A stretch of DNA of 64,000 nucleotides from assembly GCA_001949185.1 (NCBI GenBank), contig BDGG01000012.1:1604973-1668972 (forward strand). Reading direction: 5' to 3'. The stretch comes from Ramazzottius varieornatus. Lineage: Eukaryota > Animalia > Tardigrada. Under the pieces are notes generated by a model. It did no database searches and was not told the DNA's origin. It saw nothing but the letters and a program-made list of their open reading frames with translations. Below are positions 49,834 to 61,870 of this stretch, one piece after another; position 1 is the stretch's first letter; every line of letters starts with the position of its first letter. Position numbers and translations under genes: made by a program.

Positions 49834-52800
49834 ATGCAGGCATCATCCGCACCTTCTAAATCATCTTTAACCTCCTCCTTACCATCCCGCACGCGGTCCA
49901 AGATGCGCGAAGCACATCATTGGAGTCATAGTCTTTCGGATGTGGTTATCCTTGCTCACACTGATGGAAGTTTAGGCTTGACTATCAAAGGTGGAGCAGA
50001 CTTCGGAGAGTTCCCATATCTAGGTGAGAAAATCCCCTATCTAGGTGTTTGACATATGACAAGTCGTGAAGGAAGATCAAACCAAGTTGGAACTCTGAGT
50101 ATGCTGGATGTATCTATCAATTACATGTCCGAGGTAGCGCTCAAGAGTCGGCCACCTGCAAACATGGGGTCTGCAATGTTGAAGGTTGTTGTGCAGTGAC
50201 GACATTGAACGAAACTTGGTGTGACCGACTTACTTTATTTGCCTTGTATGCAGTGTTGTATTATACTCAGCTGGGCTCTAACATGGCTTCTTCCGTAGGT
50301 GAACTACGTCAGGACAAGATTCGCTACCAAGATCCCCATGGTCCGCAGCTGCGTCAAGGGGATGTTATTCTGGAAGTACAAGGCCAGAAAATTGCTGGAT
50401 TTACACAACGCGATGTTGTTCTGTGGCTGAAGCATTGTTCCAGGAACGATAACCCAGTAGTCTTGCGATGTGTGTCATCGCCCCCGCGGGGTTCACCCCT
50501 GACTAAAGATTTAAAGGAATATCTAGCAGGCGGATTTCCGAAAGGCTCTCTCGATCACGAACTACAGAATGCAATACGCGATAACCTGTATATGCGAACA
50601 GTACCCTGTACTACGCGAGAAAAAAGACCGGAAGAAATTAACGGGCAGGACTACTGGTTTCTGAACAGGGAAGAATTTATGGACTTGGAACGGGAAGGTC
50701 ATCTGCTAGAGAGTGGATTGTATGGAGGTGAGTAGGCTTATCTTGGCGGAACTAGCTGTGAGCCCCAGGGATTCTTAATTAAGCTCAACAGGTTGTTCCG
50801 GTTGACAGTTGATTGTTGATTGGTTCGTGCGGGTTCTTTGGCAGCTGTATCTTCTGTTCTGGGTGTTGGCAGTTGCCAATCTCCGTCATCGAACCACAGA
50901 TAACGCTGTTAAACGGTCAGTTTTATCGGGATATTGATGAAGGACGATTAGGTGAAGGCAGGGGAATGGTTGGACATTAGGCGTGAGGAATGTCGTTGCG
51001 TTTACTCACTGATATTACTCATAGATGTACTCCGATTGCTCTCACTTATGCAGTACTAGCTCGCAGGTGAGAAACGGTTGTTTGTATTTGTTTGTTTACA
51101 GGTAACTATTACGGAACACCGAAGCCCCCGCATACCCCCATGGACAGCAACGTCGAACGACCCATCGCCGAGATGATTCGTCCAGGAGGTTTCCCATCGT
51201 CCGAAGGGAAACGACGACGTAACCGGAGCAATGTGGAGGCTCTGTCGCCGGGTGCTTCCATCGAGTCAACGGAGAATCTCTTGACAGTGCTGGCTAACAA
51301 GCAGCCTGGCGTCAGTGGCTCGCGTTATGGGCCTGATAACGATGAGGAGACACCTGATAACGACAGGCGAACAGAGATGGAACAGCAAGTCGAGCATGAT
51401 CAACACTCGAACCATACCTTCCACGCGCCACAACGCAAAGAAGATGGCGGCCTGTGGGGCAGTATAGCTTCGCAGGCTGTGGCCAAAGCGCGCCATCACG
51501 ACTCTGGTATGTATGTTTTGTTTTGTTGATTTGACACGCTTTTATGGGGACCATATTGGACTCTCAAATAAACCACAAGCTTCACTCTTAAAACAACACC
51601 ATTAAAATAGCTCGCTTCATGGTGCGCCAAAATTACTGTCTGTCATTCAAACAAAGTAAATATTGCCTAATGGCTTGAGACTGACTGAAGAACTGAAGCA
51701 TCTGCGACCTGTTCGAAATGGCTTAGTCAAGTGTGGGGAAGAACATCTGTTTAGTTAAGAAATGACCAATGGGGAACTTTGCAGGTCATCATTCGGAGGA
51801 CGAACAAGGAAAACTGCACGACGAGCTGCCTTACGGCTGGGAACGCGTGGACGATCCGCATTACGGAACTTACTACATTGACCATGTCAACAAGCGCACC
51901 CAGTTCGAACATCCCAATCCACCACCTTCCCATTCCCAAGTAAGCTTTTTTGTTTGTAGTAAGTGGTTGCCCGAAACGTGGAACTGAAGCTCGAGTTGGG
52001 CGTTGTGTTCTGTAGGAGACACTTCCGCTGCATAATGGCCATGGAACATACAGTTCTTCCACTTTTCCGCGCAGTAAGAAGCGCTTGACAGGTAGTCCTG
52101 AGCGAGTACCCAAGTCCGCCAGCTCTAATGTCCCACTGAATGGTTACACGGCAGAAAGACAGACCATCGTTACAACCGAACATCTTCGCGGCGAGTTCCA
52201 CGATGTCGTTCTGATCAAAAGTACCCAAGGCTTAGGTTTCACCATCATTGGTGGAGAGAAGGAGCACGAAGGCCGGAAGTACCCCAATGCGGACAATGAT
52301 GACGATGAAGACTTGGTCAACAGCGGCACCGTTCTCCAGATCAAGTCCATCGCGGAGGGTGGACCGGCGCATCGAGACGGAAGAGTTCGACCAGGTAAGT
52401 GTTCTTACATCATAGGGCAAATGGGTGACCTCTCCGGCTGGCTTCTCTAATATCTTGTGTGACAGGTGATGTGTTGGTGACGATCAACGAGCAGAATGTG
52501 CTGGGCTTCACACACGATCAGGTTATCGAGCTCTTTCAGCAAATTCAACCGGGCGAACAAGTGCGGATGCGTATCTGTCGCGGATACCCGTTGCCAGCTG
52601 ACGCCGTGGATCCAAACGCCCAGGTACGGTAGCATCATTATTGAAGCTTCCGGCTTTACTTCACATAAGTTGCGAAGAAGAATGAAAATTTGTCCGTCTA
52701 TTACACCCGGAAACTCGATCAATTAACCGTAATTACGATTTCATAACTTCGGTCGTGAAAAGACTGTTAAGCAGAGTTCTCTACTGAGGAAACCGGAGAA

Positions 52801-55800
52801 TAATGAAAAGACTGTAATATGAGTAGAAAAAGAAGGTGTGGTCTTGAAACGCTTGACTACTCCTGTATTTCGTTAGATTATCACAACGGATACGATAACC
52901 GGGAGCTTGAGCCGCGCAAAGGCTCGGAGCTTCGTCAGTGCGCAACAGCAGCAGCGAATGACGGAAGACACAAGCAATGATCAAGAAGTAGCTGAAGCTT
53001 TCGCCGAACAAGAAGGTCGCTCTTACACTGGGCCGATCTACCGCATCAACATCGTCAAAGCTGTCTCCGGCTTTGGCTTCAACATTGCCGAGACACCCGA
53101 TGGTCAGACTATCAAGAAGATTTTGGACAAGAAGCGGTGCCAAGGACTGCTGGAAGGAGATCTTCTCGTCGAGATCAACGGCTACCCTGTCCGCGGTAAG
53201 TCTCTCCCAAAGTTCACTAGTTCTAATGAAGCAAAAGATCCACAGCTAGAGTTTTGAGTTTTCTTGTAGGTTTGGATCATACCGAGGTGGTCAATGTTCT
53301 GAAAGACGCCCCGATCGAGCAACCATCAGTTTTTCTGGTGCAACGTGCTCAGAGAATTGAAGGCCGCAAGGAGCAGCGAAGTAGTCGCTTCACGGGCCGT
53401 TCCAAAACACCCACCGCCGAAATGTACAAGTCTTCCGCCTCCACCGAATCTTCTCAGTCGGTCACCAAGCTCAAGCAACGATCCAAAGTATGTATTGAGT
53501 ATCTTTAAAGATGGCACGAGTGTACATCGTCCTTCCGAAAGTGCTCCATTTGCAAGTCAGATTGCTCAGTATAACGTCCAATCTGATCATTGTGGAACAT
53601 TCTATGCCAAATTGCTCTCCTTTTCGAAAATTGATTGAATGAAGGGAAGGCCAAGGATAGGCAATGCAGAATGCTGCGTGCACTGAATATCGCTAATCCT
53701 ATTTACCAGCTTCTTTTTGATTGTCTGGAAATTTGATCACATCTGTAGGGGGATGAAGGAAGAAATATTCGTAAGTCTGTCTTCCTATGTCTGAATGCTT
53801 TTCTGTGTTGCAGACACCGACGCCGCGCTCTGGTTCTTCCATCTTCAACTTTTTCCGCTCAAAGACACCCAAGCCCTTCAAAGAGAAAGATGAGATGGTG
53901 ACGGTCGTCCAAACGTCTTCCGACATGAAGCCACGGTCCACTGAAACCGTTGTCACCAAGTACCGTGACAGAGAACGCAGCCAGACGCCGGAGAAGTCCA
54001 AGTCACCAGCCACAGTCCTGGATGACAACGCTCAACAAGCCGAGTTCAAGCGCAATCAGTACGCCTACTCTTCCATGACACGCATGGTTACGCCCTCGTT
54101 TATCCCCGCAAGCCAGTATGGCCGCAAGAACGCCGAACAAGAGCCCAGGTAGGATGAGTTACTCAGATTTCGGACACCTGCATACATAAAGTTGGCGTCT
54201 CATGTTGGAGTACGTGTATGATACAGTTGCCACGGTTACCTGCATACATGTAGCTCATCGTGTGCTATAGGCTGCGCGTATGCAGGATCATGACGTAGGT
54301 TCAAGACGCGCTGTCATTTTCAACTGGTGTTTTCTTCAGGAGTGCGCCGCCAACCACGGGTAGGCAGATTGTAACGACAGAACGTACTGAAACATATGTT
54401 CGACCTGAGGTTGAAAGGGGGCCGATGAGGAACGGTGACAATCGGCCAACGCGGCTCCTACTGAACGGACAAGGTTTCGAGAATAGCTCGATGGTCTCCA
54501 TTCCTACTTCCAGTGTTGTCGAAGGGGACAACGAGTCGCAACTCCACTCGCCACCTGGAGCGCTCGATCTCATCGTGACGCTCAAACGCGAAGAAGCCGG
54601 CTTTGGCTTCCGCATTGTTGGTGGCACCGAAGAACAGTCACAGGTATCTTTATGAAGAAATTTCGAGATAAAAATTTCGAAAAAAGTTCTGTCGAGATTT
54701 TGAGAATTAAAAGTCGTCGATCCTGCAGGTTGCGGTGGGCTTTATTGTCCCAGGTGGAGCAGCGGAAAGAGATGGTAGATTGCAAGTGGGTGATGAAATC
54801 TTGAACATTGATGGGATTAACGTCATTGGAGCCGAACATCGTCAGACCATTCAGCTGATGCAGAAGTCTTCGCAGAACGGGCATGTTACATTAGGTAAGG
54901 TTCCCTACATTGGGGTTGTCATTCTGTCACCAGCGATGATCGCCACCTTTATGGCTCTCTAGGGGTACGAAGGAGGATCAACTACACGGCAATGACTTCG
55001 CAGCCTCGCGACATCACGATTCGACGACAACCCAACGAAGGTTTTGGGTTCGTCATCATCAGCAGCATGGCTAGAAACCCGCAAGCTGCTGGGACATACG
55101 GTACCAATGGCATTCCTACTAGCTACCCAGTCCTGGGTAGGATACTGGAAAACTCGCCGGCTGAGCATTGTGGGCAACTTCACGTCGGCGATAAAATTCT
55201 TGCAGGTTAGGTCTGATAAACATGAGTACATATTCGGACCTATTCTGACAACCGTGTTCTCTTCTACAGTAAACGGTCATGATGTTTTACAAATGCACCA
55301 TTCAGAGATTGTCCAGATGATCAAAGACTCTGGAACGTCGGTTAAGTTGACCATCCTGCCGCAGTCTGTTGGAATACCCGGTTAGGCCTTCATTTTTCCA
55401 TTGACCGTCTTGGACAGTTTAGGTGTGACGTATCTGTTTCCACACAGATGATGCTAGCACGATATCGGCCAATTCACAGCAGCGCCAAGAAGACTTGGGA
55501 CACGTTGAACCCGACGCAGCCTATGTTCCGTACATCTCGCAGCCCGGCACTACAGCCACGGCTCGCGTCGAGTATTACTCTATCCAGTTGGAGCGTGGAC
55601 CTCGCGGCTTTGGCTTCAGTAAGATAGACATTCCTTACTCGCTTCCAGTCAGCCATTTCTTAATGCTCTTGATCCTCGTGGCAGGTATTCGAGGTGGCAA
55701 AGAGTTCAGCAGCATGCCATTATTCGTCCTCCGAATAGCCGAGAATGGACCAGCCGCCAACGATGGTCGTCTACGTGTTGGGTAAGGTTTCTACCTTCAA

Positions 55801-56276
55801 ATCATTCTTCTGGTCGTGCCTCATAGCTTGGCGGTGTTTCGTTTAGCGACGAGATCATGGAAATCAATGGTGTCAGTACCAAAGACTTCACCCACAGTGA
55901 AGCCATTGAGTTGATCCGGCAAGGTGGACAAGATGTCCGCTTGCTGATTAAGCGAACGGCCAACAGCGGCATCCTCAACATGGCTTCCGCTACGTCCCCG
56001 CAAGCTCCCAGTGCTCAGTCCCACAGCAATACACCGGCATCCAGGCAGTACGTGACTGATAGCTCCAACAGCAATAGTAACTACGCCACATACGCTTCGC
56101 CTTCTTCCTTCGGCTACTTTGCTGGCCTTACATCGCCTTCTACGCAAAGCTTCCCACCAGCACAATACAGCCAACAAGGGGGTCAACCCACCACCCATCT
56201 GCACAGTACCAGTCAGGTCTTCAGTAGCCATAGTAGTCAAAGCCCAGTTCGGACATATTATCAACCTTACAAGTAA
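49834..56276 (+). CDS. MAGI: MAGI scaffold (PDZ0, GuK, WW, PDZ1-5)
   Basis: [67 protein letters not shown], five further G(F/L)GF PDZ loops. Confidence 0.93.
54176..54286. repeat. Short hairpin family H, two tandem units (MAGI intron)
   Basis: ACCTGCATACAT..CGTGTATG followed by CCTGCATACATGTAGC loop GCTGCGCGTATGCAGG. Confidence 0.6.
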
Positions 56277-56980
56277 AGTAGTATAATTATGTCAGTTTAA
56301 GTTTTAACCTGACCTTGTTACTGTTGATATGTTTTATATCTCTTCTGTTGTCTCAGTTCGATTTTTGGTTCTACTATTTTCTCATTTAAGCTTGCTGTTT
56401 TATCGTTTGAATACACCAGAAATTCGAGCAATATTATGTTTTTGGACCAATAAGTTGCTTTTGGGTTTTGATCTGTTGTTTTTTGAGACTTGTGTGAATG
56501 TTTTCCGGCTATTGTTCTGACAGGTAACTGAAGCAGCTTCCATTCTTTGAATTTTTTGGGCAGCTGAATGCTGCTCTGGCCCGTTTTTTGGTCAAATTCT
56601 GACCCACTGGTTGCTCTGCTAGAAAATCAAAGAAGATTTTGCTAATTTTTACTATTGTAGTTATTCGTACTGTACAGCGACGATTCATAAAGCCCCTTGC
56701 TGGTTTCTCTCAGTCTCTGCATGTTCAACTCGTGAAAACATACACGCTTGCTTCGCAATTTATTCCACTACGATTCCAAGACTCAACAACATAACAAACA
56801 AGAATTGCAAAGGTATGCCGGTACTGGGAATATGTTCACCGAAGAGCAGTAAAAACCAAGAACATGACTCATCTACCAAATTCCGCGCGAAGAATATTCT
56901 GTGATGAAACCCAGGATCATGTACAGAGAACCTAAGAAGTAAAACTATTTACATGTGACGAGACTCTTCGTCAAAACAGT

Positions 56981-59900
56981 CTATTGTGAGTTGCGAGGAC
57001 GAATGATGGATTTTTCGATCGGTATGGCTAGAGCATGACCAGCGCGGGACAGATCGTAGACGTTTCCGGTTTCTGTACGGAACTCCAAAGTGGGCGCCAT
57101 CGAGCTCTTGTTAACGGTCCTAATCGTCATCGTGTTCTGACTGAAGTCGAACGTCATGTCGAACTGATATCCTAAATGCTTGTAGCCAACAAGGCTCCAC
57201 GTGGTTGTCTTTGGTAAAGGATGAGGATGTAAGGTGATGTAGTCTTCACGTATCCGGATGCCTCCATATCCGTTGATCACAGCCTGTAGGAACCCTCCCA
57301 TACCGGTCAGGAAATTCAGACAACCTTCGCCATTACTGCATTCAGACCACACCCCAAACGGTTCGACGATATTCTCGTAGTTTTTCTCGAAGAGAGAGTT
57401 GGCTTCTTTCAGGTCCTCGAGCTCCAGGTACCCGACAGCGAACATGCCCCACGTCATGGCTGGTCCAGCGAGATCCGTCACCTATGATATTCCACTTTCA
57501 GAGTTAATCAGTATTACAGCGAAAAAGTGTTTTATACCTTGCGATACATTTCCAGGTCGTTTCGTCGAAGTTCAGCTGACATTTCCATATCTAGCGGGTA
57601 TCCAAGCAGGATGACGTCGGCCTGTTTGATTTCCGGAACCTTCACAATACTCTTCGGGTGGAGAATTCCGGGCGTGAAGCCGTTGAATTCAAGATGGTAC
57701 TCTTTGCCGTGTGAAACTCCTTTGGGCATGACTAGTCTCTTTGCCGTGCTCAGCCATCGCTCGTTGTCGGGGTGAGAGTTACCGGTTATCTTGAAAATGT
57801 ATGCGGGTAACCTAAATGAAAAGACGTCAGAGATGAAATTTAAATTTCACAGTTTCCTTTGCAGCAATCTTCACGTACTCAAGTGCGAGTTTTGCCACAT
57901 AATTGGTGTACACGGAATCGTCGACCGGATGATGGTACTCATCGGGTGGCATCACGTCTGCAAACGAAGAGAAAATAAATTTGTGACTCACGCGAAGATC
58001 GGAATGGTCGGAGCACTTACCACGAATGTGACATTCGCCGTCAGGGTCAGTGCATGTGCTTCGACTTTGCCAGAATCGAGCCATCTCTATCGCCATCTCT
58101 TCCAGCCGTAGATCTTGAATGGCTTTCATCTTATCGTCGATAACGTAAAGGAGCTGCCTGACTGCAAAGGCAATGTCGCCGGTTATGTGAACCTCGTAGT
58201 CCCCGGAGAAAGACCAAGGAGACGTTTCCTTGCCTATAGTGGAACAGTAATTACTTACCAAATTATTTAAACAGCCGTAACATATCCTTGAAAAATTCTT
58301 CTTATACAGTACAACCACTGTTTGTGCGGCTTGCTTACCGGTAAATGCCGATTCCCAAGCGAACCTCGCTCCTTCATGCCCCGTTAACTTCGCGTTCGCT
58401 TTAGCTTCATCCAGCATCGCAACTCGATATTCAAGGATGATCTTCGCCATGTCCGGATAAAAGTTCAAAATGGGCGGATACTGAAATTAGAATAGATCTA
58501 GAATGGAACTGAGTACGAAGTCGGACTGTGTTCAGAAACAAGAACCCGGCGAACGGAACGTGCAAGATCGTTGTCCAGACTGGCGCACTTCTTGGTGATT
58601 ATTGGCTGAAAGCGTGCGCCAATCAAGATAAGAGGACAAACTCGTACGCTTCGTCTTCCGGCTTCCAAAATGATGACTGTGGTTTTGAGAGATCAACGTA
58701 AGGACTAACCATCCACGTTTCGGTGTCCCAGAAAACATGTCCGGAGTAGTTGGTGTTGACAGATCCTCGAGCAAGACCGCCTGGACTCAGGCCGATATAT
58801 CGGTGTCCGCTTCGCTCCTTGTTATGAAGGGACGACAGCATGTAATACAGACTACCATTCAAGGCCTGCGCCAGCTGGAAGTTTTCCTTAGGATCCACGT
58901 CGATCCTACCGTTGTTCCAGTAGGAACTCCATCTATCGACATGGGCTTGTCTTATTTCTTGGTAGGACAAGTCGAGGTACTGTTTGGCGGCCTGAAGAGC
59001 AAGAAGAGATGAATAGATGATTGTGGACATTCTTCTAGGTTAAATCAATATTTGAACAGCAAAAAATGCTCACTTGGAGGTTCTCGTCGAATGACGACCC
59101 GATGAATGCATACATGTGTACATTGGTCTCACTACCTGGTTCAAGGGACACGTTTCTCAAGGTCGAGTTCCACAGCAAGGATACCGGCGAAGGATCCATT
59201 TCCGATGCTTCCGGCGACTTGGTTTTTCCGTCGGCACGTTTGAAGGTAATTTCCGACTTGTTACTGTTGGAAAACGACGACGGTAAAAATGGTAGATGGA
59301 AGTCAGTGGACAGGCAGAAGCTTACCTGGTAAGAGTGAAGGTATCCGTGGGTGCGAAGTCTATGTCCTCGCTCAGAAGCTGTTCTTCGTTGAGATGGTTC
59401 TTGAAGGTTATGTCCAGACGTTTCTCCTTGTCATTTCCATCGTTTGGTCGGACGAAGGAAATATGAGAAACCAGTAAGTTATCGTTGTCCCGATGAGCGA
59501 ACACTTCCCGCTTCACCGCGAGGGAAGGGTTCTCGTATTGCAAAGTTTCAGTGAAGACACCTGAAACAAAGAACCTTGGGCTGATAGAATATCCATCTAA
59601 CAAATTTCCCAACGCTTTTAATCTACCTTCACGTGTGTTGAGCTCGAAGGTTTGACTGACGAGTTTCGCCGATATTTTTGCGTTAAACGCAACCAAGGAA
59701 GGGATTCTGGCGCGACTACTCTTTGTTCCTTGGCCGTCGTACAGGCCGTTCATGTGGACCCACGGCGTGTTTACCATGGTAGCGATGTAGCCGTTTCCGA
59801 CTTCGGGCATGTATTTGACTGGCGGAAGGCTGAAAAATCCCGGGGAATGATTGCTCGTTCATAAGGAAAAACCAGACATGTTCATACCTTTTCGACTGGA

Positions 59901-60291
59901 AGAGCCAGGGAGAACGTGACCAGTGGATATCGGCCGGCAGGTTGGCCACAGGTTCGTCCATTAGTGCGGGACTGGGTGCCGGCTTGTCGGTAGCACTACA
60001 GCTGGAAAAATGGCACCTCGGTTGGAGGATAAGTCTTCGTTTAGAAATCACTCCATCCTCCGAGCCGAAACTTCGACGTCGTCCTCTCTGATTACTCTGT
60101 CCATTACGATGACCAGAGAACAACTGGCTGGAATGGCGTGGGAGTTTACCGGAGGCGTCATTGGTCATTCCCGACAAATCCTTGATGGTCGGTTGCCATA
60201 GATTGTTTGATTTGCCGTTTCGTTCGGCGTTGGCTTTGAACCAGGCTAACGTGAGAATCGGCAGCACTGGCCATCTTTGCTCTACGTACAC
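56981..60291 (-). CDS. GH65 glycoside hydrolase, PGGHG/ATHL1 (acid trehalase-like); 5' end uncertain
   Basis: VGNGYIAT, GLSPGGL, GHVFWDTETWMYPP, GARFAWESA, VMPPDEY, IKQADVILLGYP, GPAMTW, NFLTGMGGFLQAVINGYGG. Confidence 0.88.
58546..58661. repeat. Palindromic intronic repeat family P, copy 6 (GH65 intron)
   Basis: CCGGCGAACGGAACGTGCAAGATCG..TGGCGCAC loop GTGCGCCA..CGTACGCTTCGTCTTCCGG. Left arm very similar to copy 3. Confidence 0.8.
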
Positions 60292-61870
60292 AAATCAACA
60301 ATCAATAGATGTTCGAAGCGATTGGCGCATCCTCCCAGCCATTTACAACGAAGATCTGCGTCACTTGAGAAAATAGCCGGTATCACGAGGCGTTAAGTAA
60401 CTAGAGTTCAATGCGCAACAAGAAAACCTGAAAGAGTTCTGCAAATCAAGCCATACAATCAAGGGACAGCAGACTGTACACACTACAAACCAGGGAGAAA
60501 AACTCCGAAGAAGACTCGTCATCGTTTTCAGGAATATTTGACAGTTCTCACGGACTCTACCATATCAACCAAGAAACGTCATATCTTACCTAAGGAACTG
60601 TTACAATCCAAAGGCTCCCCATCCGTTTCCTTCTTACATAAATCGTCATGAAGGCTCTGATCAGGTTTCAGGACCAGCGCGGTGGCCATTGTAGAATATC
60701 TTGACCAGGCAGTTTGTTGCAAAGAATTTGCAAGGTTCCGTCGACTCACCGTCAGGTCTCGCTTACAAATTCGAGAATAATATGGCTGACTATGCTTCCA
60801 CATGCTTTCATACCTTTCGCTACTCGATCTCAGACTGGTACCGACATTGATTTCCCGTACAGCTGCGTCAATGAAGTTATCGGAGCCAGTGAAGTTGTCT
60901 ACGCGTATACAACCCATTGCTTTGCGATTGGTTCGTTCGTGAAGGATCGAACAGCCGACGAGACATTTTGGGTGGGTGAGTCGCTTATAGGTTACATCAT
61001 GGCAATTGTGCTGGAGAATATCGGTTAACGCGATCGATGGAGCACGTGCTGGTTATGCCTTCTTTCTTGTCGAATGAAACGCTCGCCGGTGCCGTTTCTT
61101 CTTGAAGCATCACATGGCTTCGTTCCTGTGAATTTTAGCGTTGTGGTTTTGCGTAACGTGAGTGCACCGCCTTCTGCTTGCCCAAAGTCAGTAACTCGTG
61201 TGATCTATTTTGTCGGAAAGACAATTTGCGGTTCACAAAACTTATGCAGCTGACTCTTAGGATCACGTGATAAGACGACGAGACCCCAAGGTTGTACGCA
61301 GTACCGTGGTTCTCAGCTTCGAGGCTTTCGCTACACTTTACTACCAGAAATTATTATTCATTATAGACAAGGAAGATAATGCCCAAAGATTCTGATTGGC
61401 CGTGGCAGCACAATTACAAATGAAGACTGCAGTAGAACTGGAAACTGTATGTAAAAATTATAGAGAGCTGAACTTCAAATCATTCAATCAACAGGGATGA
61501 GCAACGACAATACGTACTTCCTTGTTGTGCCGCGTTTTTGCTGTTTTCCTGATTTGGCCTTTTGAACTGTCGACGTCGTGGTCAGTTAAAACGGAAAGAA
61601 AGATCAGTAAAGTGTTTTCTCTACCTGACATTGTGTATATATACTCTATTGGGGACCACCGTGCATATGGAGCCATGTAAAATTACCTGCTAATTACGTA
61701 GCACTTTGAATTGGGTCACTGCTCAAAGATACATGGTGAGTCAAATGTCTTGGAGGCTTTGATTATGCTTTGAAGTTTACAACAGTATTGCTCTGGCTGT
61801 GCTTCATACAGCGGGCTAAGATATACAGACGTGGAATGGTTGGTGCGAAAGACCAACAAATGTCTTCAAA

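Noticed and set aside
51600-51730. Possible seventh family P copy in a MAGI intron (GGTGCGCCA..CTTGAGA)
   Set aside because: Only short motif matches and no convincing paired arms.
27879-59627. Several stop-free introns with length divisible by 3 (YPEL5, PP2A B'', MAGI, GH65)
   Set aside because: With introns of ~65 nt a sizeable minority will be in-frame and stop-free by chance. No evidence of regulated retention.
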